64,000 nucleotides of DNA, from NCBI RefSeq assembly GCF_006345805.1, contig NC_043015.1:47120001-47184000 (forward strand), in the 5' to 3' direction. A program made the position numbers and the translations under genes. The stretch is from Octopus sinensis. Its lineage: Eukaryota. Each line of letters starts with the position of its first letter. The first letter of the stretch is position 1. The notes beneath the pieces were generated by a model. It made no database searches and had not been told where the DNA came from. It saw nothing but the letters and a program-made list of their open reading frames with translations. Shown here one piece after another: positions 38,565 to 49,034 of this stretch.

Positions 38565-38879
38565 ACTTTTTCTATTCCTGAGTGCTATACTAATACATCT
38601 GTTTGTTTTGTACACCACCTGTCTTCATCTTTTGTTTTTTTCGTAAACTTTCCCTATATATATATATATATATATCCCTCTCTCTCTCTTTCGGAGAGAC
38701 ACTGAACAGCTATATGCACACATACACACACGGCAGTAACTTCCACCTACCGAATTCAATCACAAAGTTTCGGTCGGCTCGGGGCTATAGCAGAAGACAC
38801 CTGCCCAAAGTGCCACGCAGTGGGACTGAACCTGAAACCATGTAGCTAGGAAGCAAGCTCCCTAACCACACAGCCATGC

Positions 38880-39499
38880 CCATGGCCTCCGTGCTGGTGG
38901 CACGTAAAAAGCACCATCCGACCGTGGCCGTTGCCAGCTTCGTCTGGTCCCCGTGCCGGTGGCACGTAAAAAGCACCATCTGATCGTGGCCGTTGCCAGC
39001 CTCGCCTAGCACCTGTGCTGGTGGCACATAAAAAGCACCATCCGATTGTGGCCGTTTGCCAGCCTCGCCTGGCCCCCATGCTGGTGGCACGTAAAAAGCA
39101 CCATCTGACCGTGGCCGTTTGCCAGCCTCGCCTGGCCCCCATGCTGGTGGCACGTAAAAAGCACCATCTGATCGTGGCCGTTGCCAGCCTCGCCTAGCAC
39201 CTGTGCTGGTGGCACGTAAAAAGCACCATCTGACCGTGGCCGTTTGCCAGCCTCGCCTGGCCCCCGTGCCAGTGGCATGTAAAAAGCACCATCTGACCGT
39301 GGCCGTTTGCCAGCCTCGTCTGGCACCTTGCTGGTGGCACGTAAAAATGCACCCACTACACTCACGGAGTGGTTGGCGTTAGGAAGGGCATCCAGCTGTA
39401 GAAACACTGCCAGATCAGACTGGGCCTGGTGCAGCCTTCTGGCTTCCCAGACCTCAGTTGAACTGTGCAACCCATGCCAGCATGGAAAGCGGACGTTAA

Positions 39500-39545
<46 letters not shown>
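38880..39545 (+). mobile_element. retroposon family B with seven tandem 62-63-bp modules
   Basis: GGTGGCAC(G/A)TAAAAAGCAC-type motif at 38896, 38958, 39020, 39083, 39146, 39208, 39271 and 39333. Confidence 0.88.
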
Positions 39546-39546
<1 letters not shown>

Positions 39547-40091
39547 ATATATATAATATATATACATCGTATGGTATAAACCTGGTAGTTTGGTGGCAAA
39601 GCACATTCACTAGCTTAGTGTTTGTTGGGTGTGTAATTATTGAGAGAGACAAAAGAAGGAAAATACAAGAATCTTTATTGAAACATACAATTATTTCAAT
39701 CCATCAAGCATTGATCCTTCACAGGTGGGATATACTAAACATCTAGTTTAGGCATATAGCTTGGTGTAGATATGTTTCCTCAGATGATTTGAAGAGGTAT
39801 CTCATTAAAACTGTTTCACACAACTTATTTCTGGATGTTTTTTCTTAGCCTTCTTATACAGAAATAGCAAATTAAGAGACATATTTTCATTCTTATCTTT
39901 GTTATGGCTCTTCTATAAGAATGAAGATGTATCCTTTAATTTGCTATGTGGGTGATGACAGTACTGCCTGATTGGCACCCATGCCAGTGGAATGTTAAAA
40001 GCACATACACGCATGATCGTTGCCAGGGCCATGGATTGGCTCCCATGCTGGTGACATGTGAAAAGCACCATTCAAGCGTGCCTTACCAGCA

Positions 40092-41320
40092 CAATTGACC
40101 CCGAAAGGTTGAAAGGCAAAGTCGACCTTGGCGGAATTTGAACTCAGAACGTAGCAGTAGACGAAATACCTATTTCTTTACTGCCCACGAGGGGCTACTA
40201 CACACAGAGGGGATAAAGAAGGACAGACAAACGGATTAAGTCAATTATATCAGCCCTAATGCGTAACTGGTACGTATTTAATTGACCCCAAAAAGATGAA
40301 AGGCAAAGTCGACCTCGGTGGAATTTGAACTCAGAACGTAGCAGTAGACGAATACCTATTTCTTTACTGCCCACGAGGGGCTACACACAGAGGGGACAAA
40401 GAAGGACAGACAAACGGATTAAGTCGATTATATCAACCTCAATGCATAACTGGTACTTATTTAATTGACCCCGAAAGGATAAAAGGCAAAGTCGACCTCT
40501 GCGAATTTGAACTCAGAACGTAGCAGTAGACGAAATACCTATTTCTTTACTGCCCACGAGGGGCTACACACAGAGGGGACAAAGAAGGACAGACAAACGG
40601 ATTAAGTCAATTATATCAGCCCTAATGCGTAACTGGTACGTATTTAATTGACCCCGAAAGGTTGAAAGGCAAAGTCGACCTTGGCGGAATTTGAACTCAG
40701 AACGTAGCAGTAGACGAAATACCTATTTCTTTACTGCCCACGAGGGGCTACACACAGAGGGGACAAAGAAGGACAGACAAACGGATTAAGTCAATTATAT
40801 CAGCCCTAATGCGTAACTGGTACGTATTTAATTGACCCCAAAAAGATGAAAGGCAAAGTCGACCTCGGTGGAATTTGAACTCAGAACGTAGCAGTAGACG
40901 AAATACCTATTTCTTTACTGCCCACGAGGGGCTACACACAGAGGGGACAAAGAAGGACAGACAAACGGATTAAGTCGATTATATCACCCTCAATGCATAA
41001 CTGGTACTTATTTAATTGACCCCGAAAGGATAAAAGGCAAAGTCGACCTCTGCGGAATTTGAACTCAGAACGTAGCAGTAGACGAAATACCTATTTCTTT
41101 ACTGCCCACGAGGGGCTACACACAGAGGGGACAAACAAGGACAGACAAATGGATTAAGTCGATTATATCAGCCCCAATGCATAACTGGTACTTATGTAAT
41201 TGACCCTGAAAAGATGAAAGGCAAAGTTGACCTCGGTGGAATTTGAAATCAGAACGTAGCGGCAGACGAAATACCACTAAGCATTTCATCCAGCGTGCTA
41301 ATGTTTCTACCAGCTCGCCA
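40092..41320 (-). repeat. SINE family C tandem array, about 184-bp unit x6.5, single head, ABC-ABC-B' structure
   Basis: GACGAAATAC anchor at 40160, 40347, 40529, 40713, 40897, 41081 and 41265; diagnostic variants recur every third unit. Confidence 0.93.
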
Positions 41321-41537
41321 CCCTTTGTATCTTTGTATCTGTGATTGTCCCCACCACCACTTGACAACTGGTGTTGGTGTGTTTATCACTGACAACCAGT
41401 GTTGGTTTGTTCACATCCTTATAACTTAGCGGTTCAACAGAAGAGTAAGTACCAAACTTAAAAATCTAAGCACTGGGTTTGAGTTGTCCGACTAAACCTT
41501 TTTAGGTGACGCTTCATTCATTCATTCATACATACAT

Positions 41538-42058
41538 ACATACATGATGGCCGTCCACTCATGACCGAGGAAGACCATTGTCGACCTTCAGGAATATTGT
41601 GCGCTCTAGGACTAACTTATATTTTGCATTTGCGGCTCCATTGGTGGCTAATGAGCCCTGCTCTTGACAAGCATACAAGACTGCAAACATTGCAGACCAA
41701 GCTTTCCCCATTCACCATACGAGCCGTGCGCTTTCGTGCAGCTCGCTTAAGTTCTTCATGCTGGATACGTGCTCTCTTAAAAGTGTCGATCCCCTCCTTA
41801 ACCTGCTTCCTCCATCTGTGGCGATGACAGGCATTGTTCTCCCAGTCAGTGTCCTGCATATCACAGGCCTTTAATGAGGACTTGACACAGTCCTTAAATC
41901 GCAGCCTTGGTTTCTGTCGGAGTCTCCTTCCATTCACAAGTTCTCCATAGAGCATCTGCTTAGGAATCCTATCCTTCATTCTAATAAGGTGTCCAGTCCA
42001 ACGCAACCGGTGCTTGTGCACCATCGCCTCAATACTCAAGATATCAGCTGTCGTCAGC
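41538..42058 (-). pseudogene. RTE (BovB-like) LINE 3' fragment with one C-terminal C2H2-like finger
   Basis: RLRWTGHLIRMKDRIPKQMLYGEL..GRR....RLRFKDCVK...W...CNVC..VCLSRAGLISH. Candidate TSD TCATACATACAT at 41526 and 42059. Confidence 0.92.
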
Positions 42059-42179
42059 TCATACATACATAGTTTGAAGATGACGTTTTTTGCTGTGTGT
42101 ATAATGGAGTTAAAAAATTGGATGTGGCCATGATATCCTGTTGATCTGATGAGCTAGACTTCAATACCTGCATCGGTTT

Positions 42180-42390
42180 GTAAAATGTACAATAGTACTA
42201 AGACGCAGAACAAGGTTGTTGGATAATATCCATTGTCTCAGTTGGTTACATTTGGCAATCTGATCAGTAAGTGCAATGATGGTTGCTTCTGATAGGACCC
42301 TATGGAGAAAGTACCTGAGGAGTCTACCCTAAAAAACCTCTCAGGAATAGTGAGTGGAGAAGATGGATTGATTGATGGGTGGAAAATGAA
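42180..42390 (+). pseudogene. RTE (Rex3/Expander-like) 3' end with (GATG)n tail
   Basis: RTRLLDNIHCLSWLHL...VASDRTLWRKYLRSLP*; a related tail lies at 4690-4845. Confidence 0.65.
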
Positions 42391-42397
42391 GGAATGC

Positions 42398-42627
42398 TGT
42401 ATGTATGTATGTATGTATGTATGTATGTATGTATGTGTGTATGTATGTGTGTATGTATGTATGTATGTATGTATGTATGTATGTATGTATGTATGTATGT
42501 ATGTATGTATGTATGTATGTATGTATGTATGTATGTATGTATGTATGTGTGTATGTGTGTGTGTATGTATGTGTGTATGTATGTATGTATGTATGTATGT
42601 ATGCATGCATGCATGCATGTATGTATG

Positions 42628-42659
<32 letters not shown>

Positions 42660-43310
42660 TGTATGTATGTATGTATATGTATGTATGCATGTAAGCATGT
42701 ATGTATGTATGTATGTATTATGTATGTATGCATGCATGCATGTATGTATGTATGTATGCATGCATGCATGTATGTATGTATGATGTATGTATGTATGCAT
42801 GCATGCATGCATGTATGTATGTATGTGTGTGTGTGTGTGTGTATGTGTATGTATGTGTGTGTGTGTGTGTATGTATGTATGTGTGTGTATGTATGTATGT
42901 TATGTATGTATGTATGTATGTGTATGTATGTATGTATGTGTGCATGTAAGCATGTATGTATGTATGTATGTATGTATGTATTATGTATGTATGTATGTAT
43001 GTATGTGTATGTATGTATGTATGTATGTATGTATGTATGTGTGCATGTAAGCATGTATGTATGTATGTATGTATGTATGTATTATGTATGTATGCATGTA
43101 TGTATGTATGTATGTATGTATGTATGTATGTGTGCATGTAAGCATGTATGTATGTATGTATGTATGTATGTATTATGTATGTATGCATGTATGTATGTAT
43201 GTATGTATGTATGTGTGCATGTAAGCATGTATGTATGTATGTATGTATGTATGTATTATGTATGTATGCATGTATGTATGTATGTATGTATGTATGTAAG
43301 CATGCATTTA
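42398..43310. repeat. about 900-bp (TATG)n array
   Basis: Directly visible. Confidence 0.97.
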
Positions 43311-44309
43311 TATGTATATAACAATCAGTCTATCAAGTGATCGAAGTCAGAGGTTTATCAGTTTCATTTTACTAAGCAAACGAGTTCATCACATGTATCA
43401 TTCACATGCATATCAGCATAATAAAGCAGCACGTATCCAGTCATCACCAGCGAGATAGATAATCAAAGAGGGAGGAGGGAGGGAGGGAACGACAGTCAAA
43501 CTGAGGGGGTAAAAAAAATTCTCGTTATGTGTGGGTGAATTGCCTATGGGGTTGATAAAATAAAGTACCAGTAAAATACTGGGATCAATTTAACTCTTTT
43601 GTTAACATATCTCTGTTGAATACTATGTTTTAGATTCACTTAACTGTGAAAGTAATACGTATTTAGTAAAGTAACTCACATGATTTGACTTGTGTAAGAC
43701 GGTGAGCTGACATAATCTTGTCCGTTTTTACATTCTGAGGTCGACTTAGCCTTTCATCATTTCGGGGTCGATAAAATAAGTACCAGTTGAGCACTGGGGT
43801 CGATGTAACCGACTTAGCCCCTCTTCCAGAATTGCTGGCCTTGTACCAAAATTTGAAATCAATATTTTATGGAAGACTAAGGCGGCGAACTGACAGAACC
43901 ATTAGCACGCTGGGCAAGATGCTTAGCGGCATTTCGTCTGTCTTAATGTTCTGAGTTCAATTTCCACCGAGGTCGACTTCGTCTTTCATCCTTTCGGGGT
44001 CAATAAAATAAGTACCAGTTGAGCACTGGAGTCGATGTATTCAATTTACCCTCTCACCCAAAACTGCCGGCCTTGTACCAGTATTTCATGGAAGATTTTA
44101 ATACAAAAGAGGAAGTTGGTGTTACATAATCAAGGGTCTGATTCAAATGGATTAGTCTCTCCTGCAGAGATGGTGGATGGGTCTGGCACTGTTTGTACAG
44201 CATGTCTTTCTGCAGTTCGTCTCCCTCATGGAACTGCGGTTGTGGGTGGAGTAAACACCAAGAATGAGCATCTAGCGTCTGGAATGTCGTCAGGTACTCA
44301 CCGACCTCT

Positions 44310-44624
44310 GGGGAAACATTAGCACGCCGGGCGAAATCGTAGCCGTATTTCATCTGCCGCTACGTTCTGAGTTCAAATTCCGCCGAGGTCGACTTTGCCT
44401 TTCATCCTTTCGGGGTTGATTAAATAAGTACCAGTTATGCACTGGGGTCGATATAATCTCATCTACTGTCATTAAATTCGTTTTGGAACTGTACTCCTCT
44501 CCACCCTCACCTTTTTTAAGTAAAACTTTACAAAGTCGATAAGGACTCTTTTCCTTGTTCTCCTTCGTGTGTCTGTCCTTGTTTGTCCTCTCTGTGTTTA
44601 GCCCCTTGTGGGTAGTAAACAAAT
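44310..44624 (+). mobile_element. SINE family C with 18-bp TSD and a foreign internal insert
   Basis: TSD AGGTACTCACCG(A/C)CCTCT at 44292 and 44625; insert at 44457-44570. Confidence 0.8.
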
Positions 44625-46577
44625 AGGTACTCACCGCCCTCTAACAGTCGGGCAACAGTATAGATGTATTTTTTTAAAATTCAAGTATTCTAGAAGAGTG
44701 ACAATGTATTTGGAGAGACATTGGACATCGAGGAAAATGAACTAAACTGTTTCGGAAGATATTCGGATCAGTGATTATTGTGGAATAATTTCCAGAAGTT
44801 CTTGGCTAATCATTGCTCCCACGCAGTGCTACTGGTTTGAGAGAATCTCTGTAGATATGGGAGTGCCGTCAGATGGGCCAGCTGGAAATGTTAGCAGAGC
44901 AATGTAACCATTCAGCATGCATGGGTTCAGTATTCGGACATTACTTGCTTGTGGAGTTACATCAAACAGTGACCGAATCCATCATGATGACTGCCCCGAT
45001 GCCCTCTTTTAACTGAATGGGGAAGAGCATTTTTCATTCTTTTAGGTGACTGTGGCAAAAGAGATTTCATGGTAGAATCTTCATCGACTTGTAATCAACA
45101 GCTGTGTAGTGGCTTGTCCCCAGTTCTTCAATACAGACACGGACTGAAGTCAATTCCTTGACCCATGAATAAAGGGGGCGGGTAGTACAATCTGAAGAGG
45201 AAGTGTGTCACCTTCTAACAAAGATGAGGGTTGACAGTGGGTACAGTTCCGAAACGAATTTAATGACAGTAGATGAGAGAGGCAAAAATGACAAGAGTAG
45301 ATGAGATCAGTCAGTTTAAACTTGTAAGTCGGAGAATGATAGTTGGAGAAGATACTTGCCCTTGGTCTTCATTATGGTTCTTGTATCTGTTAGCGTTCCT
45401 CAATCAGCCCTAGACGGAGGCTTTCATGTTTCAGGAGGACTGCAAAATTATCTTTCATTATTTGTATAACATGTATATGAGTGTGCGATACCCCTTTTTT
45501 GTTCCCTTGTTGATTTCGTCTATGTAAATACCTAATCTTTATATATGTCTCACTATCCTCCCTGGTGATTATTATTATTATCTTTTTTCATGTTCTTCTT
45601 TCTCTCTCCCCTCTTTTGTTTTAGTATTATTGAATGAGAGTACAGGGCATGCCAAAGTGACGATGTGATACAGATATGTGAAGCCCATTATACCCAGCAT
45701 GACTATCCATCTAACAAGGATACACCAGGCACATGCATCACAACCATATGTGTGAGACATGGTGATCTTATATCAAGATAGATAGTGCATGACCTTGCAG
45801 GTGGGGCCCAGTTAGAAGTTTCTTCAGGTTGAGTATTCCTTCCCACTCAAAATGTACCTTAATAAGGATTGTTTAAGGGTGTTGAACGAAACACTAATGC
45901 TTCCAGAGGTGAATTATTCAAATCCCAAAGAATTCCTCTCAATACATGGCTATGATGCTCCCCCATTACTTCTGCTTGTGATCAGAGATGTACATATCGT
46001 CAGCCACCAAGGGACATGATCAAGACCCCTGCTCTAGTGTGTTGCAATTTCGACAAGGCAATACAAAAATAAAAACATGTCTGGTCTCGTGACACACTTT
46101 TCTGAAAATCCACTTCTCTGAAAATCCACTTCTCTGAAAATCCACTTCTCAGGTAGCAAGCACCCTACCTTGGTTGTATTTATGCCTTGAGAAGATTGTT
46201 TTGTCTATCTCAACAATTTTCCCAGGACCGCTTGTCTGAACTGGGTTGTGGAGCAGGTCGTATGCACATATTTTATGAACATAGCTGTTGTAATCAACAG
46301 CTGTGTAGTGGCTTGTCCCCAGTTCTTCAATACAGACCCGGACTGAAGTCAGTTCCTTGACCCATGAATAAAGGGGGCGGGCAGTACAATCCGAAGAGAA
46401 AGTGTGTCACCTTCTAACCATGTATCTTTCCTGATAGATGCACACTCGTTGCATCCTTGTCTGGAGCACCACCAGTAAATATTCCCACAAAGCACCTTCT
46501 TGTTGAAATAGTGTCTTTTTGTACATAATTTTGGTTCAGAGATAACACCCTCCCTTCATCGAAAACCAGTGATTGCC

Positions 46578-46620
46578 GTACGCTGAAGACAGGCAAATAC
46601 CTAGAAACTGCAGTCCGTGC
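46578..46620 (+). ncRNA. minimal type I hammerhead ribozyme (one stem II mismatch)
   Basis: GTACG-CTGAAGA-CAGG-CAAATA-CCTA-GAA-AC-TGCA-GT-C-CGTGC. 5-bp stem I, palindromic stem III ACTGCAGT, GUC triplet. Confidence 0.7.
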
Positions 46621-46786
46621 ATATCACTTAGGTTGACGAGAGAGGGATGACCTCCCTTTGCAAATACCATAAGAGCACAGAAAGTGTGCCTAAAGCCAGC
46701 TGGAGATGATGATCTCCTGGGGCTACAAGCTACAGTAACACCCACCGTTAGTGGTTAGCCATATTAAGATGGCTAGTATACCTTAC

Positions 46787-47282
46787 CCTCCTTTTGTAAG
46801 TAAGAAATCGCATCCTCCTCGGTTTTCACTTTTTCCATCATATTCAAAAGGTTAAATGAGTTGGCTTCTGTTATACGCCTAATTAGGTTGAAAAGGTCCA
46901 AGAAAACACACGGTTCAGAATTATGGAAATGAAGTAGTGACAGGTCAGCAACCGAAAATATCAGTTCGTTTCTCAAGGAAAAAAAGGAAAAAAAAAGAAA
47001 AAAAAACAGGCAGGTAAAGACAATACAAAAAGTTGGAGTTTTAAGCAGACTATACCTTGGCTTGTTACTATGGAAACTGACACTAATATGTCTGTGACTT
47101 TCAATTGGCTGAAGTTCCCCAAAATTTACAAACTTTAAAAGCTGTTAATTTTTTATTTATTAATTTATTGCAAAAATGAATTTCCCTTCTATAATTAGCA
47201 TACAAAACTACACTAGTACACCAAATTTTAAAACAATTGGAACCAAATTAAAAGAATTGAAAAACTGTGACAGAAAAGATCC
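46787..47282 (-). mobile_element. probable 5' end of a Merlin/IS1595-like transposon with first coding exon
   Basis: Starts with the GGATCTTTTC terminus also seen in the 8-bp-TSD MITEs. At 46867-46787 it reads EANSFNLLNMMEKVKTEEDAISYLQKEG, followed by the donor G|GTAAGG. Confidence 0.45.
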
Positions 47283-47475
47283 AAGGATTTCAGTGGTGCA
47301 ATCACTTACACTTTGTTAATTATTTTATTAATTACCTGTTAAGCATTGGAATCCATTAAATCGACCCAAAATGAACAGCCTATCTCATTGCTAAAAGGCA
47401 TAACTATAATATTCTTTCAAGCCATTGCCCTTGTGGCAGACAAACAAGCAATTTGTTGCATATGTAATTAAAAAA

Positions 47476-47875
47476 GGTGCAGGAGTGGCTGTGTGGTAAG
47501 TAGCATGTTTACCAACCACATGGTTCCGGGTTCATTCTCACTGCGTGGAACCTTGGGCAAGTGTCTTCTACTATAGCCTCAGGCTGACCAAAGCCTTGTG
47601 AGTGGATTTGGTAGACGGAAACTGAAAGTAGTCCGTCGTATATATGCATATATATGTGTATGTGTGTGTATATGTTTGTGTCTGTGTTTGTCTCCTCCTC
47701 CCCCAACAACCGATGGTAGTGTGTTTACGTCCCCGTAACTTAGCGGTTCGGCAAAAGAGACCGATAGAATAAGTACTAGGCTTCCAAAGAATAAGTCCTG
47801 GGGTCGATTTACTCGACGAGAAGGCGGTGCTCCAGCACGGCCGCAGTCAAATGACTGAAACAAGTAAAAGAGATA
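47476..47875 (+). mobile_element. SINE family A, full length
   Basis: As 95-497. Confidence 0.85.
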
Positions 47876-48188
47876 AAATGAAAATTTAAAATTTAACTTA
47901 GGTGCACTGACATGAAAGAAAACGCTTGAAGGGAGGCAACCATAAATACTGAGTTGTCTCCCTTGTCCTCTTTGGCAATGTTGTCGAGCTTACAGAATCC
48001 TTAAGCACGCCGAGCTTAGAGGCATTTCGTGTTCTGAGTTCAAATTCTGCCGAGGTCAGCTTTGTCTTTAATCCTCTCGAGATCAATAAAATAAGTACTA
48101 GTTGATCTCTGGGGGTCAATGTAATCGACTATACCCCTCCCCTGAAGTTACTGGTCTGGTGCGTAAATATGAAACCATTGTTATTATT

Positions 48189-48610
48189 GGATCTTTTCGG
48201 TTTGACCGGCAGTTTTTTAAAATAATTTCCACATAACTAAACACTTTTAAACTTCGTATACTGGTAGAATGTGTTTATAAAGCATCTTTTTCTCTTGGCT
48301 TTATTGAGAAAATTCTATAGTTTTTAAGATATTTGTTATTTTTTTTCTTCAATTTCTGCAATTTCAACCAATCAATGACGTCCATTGAGTTAAAAACATT
48401 CTGTGCCGTATGAATATGTCCCTCGTTTAAGAAACAGATTGGGTTTATTTACATTTGTGAAGAAAAAAAGGATATCCTTCCCCCACCTCTAACCCTAACC
48501 CTAACCCTAAAACAGATTGAAATGCAATAGATCGATACTAGGTTTATAATTATGGGTGACAATTTCATATGACACCGCTAGAAAAACTGCCGTTCAAACC
48601 GAAAAGATCC
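48189..48610. mobile_element. Merlin-type MITE
   Basis: TIR GGATCTTTTCGGTTTGA / TCAAACCGAAAAGATCC, 8-bp TSD TTATTATT, internal (CTAACC)3. Confidence 0.8.
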
Positions 48611-49034
48611 TTATTATTACTTTCAGGATCGATAAAATATGTACCATTTGAGTACTGAGGTTGATGTAGTCGATTTACCACCTGCACCGAAACTGCTGGC
48701 CTTGCGCCAAAATTTGAAATCATCATCATTATTGAGTGAGAGAGCTACACATGCCAAAGTGACACTGGTGTGCAGATATGCAAAGCCCAATATACCCATC
48801 GTGATTACCTCCCTGATAAGGGTATACCTGGTTAAAGTCAAACAACGGTCAAGCAAATCTGTGGTATTGAGCTGAATACCTGCAGTGGCCCATCTTTTAC
48901 ACCAAAACAAAACATGTACATGATAACACTTTCAATCAGTTATGATCAGAGGCCACGAGAGCTAGTGCCTGGTGTCCCTTTATGTTTTAATTGATTTTTG
49001 TTAGCCCTTGTGGCCAATAAACGAACGAATTATT

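Noticed and set aside
38880-41320. Regularly spaced repeats resembling a CRISPR array
   Set aside because: The spacers are homologous to each other and the units are SINE-derived; eukaryotic context with no cas genes.
44292-44642. Two GTGAGT donor-like sites on the minus strand
   Set aside because: They are the two copies of a SINE target-site duplication; no open upstream exon.
48489-48510. (CTAACC)3 as a chromosome end or telomere fusion
   Set aside because: Only three units, inside a TIR/TSD-bounded MITE.
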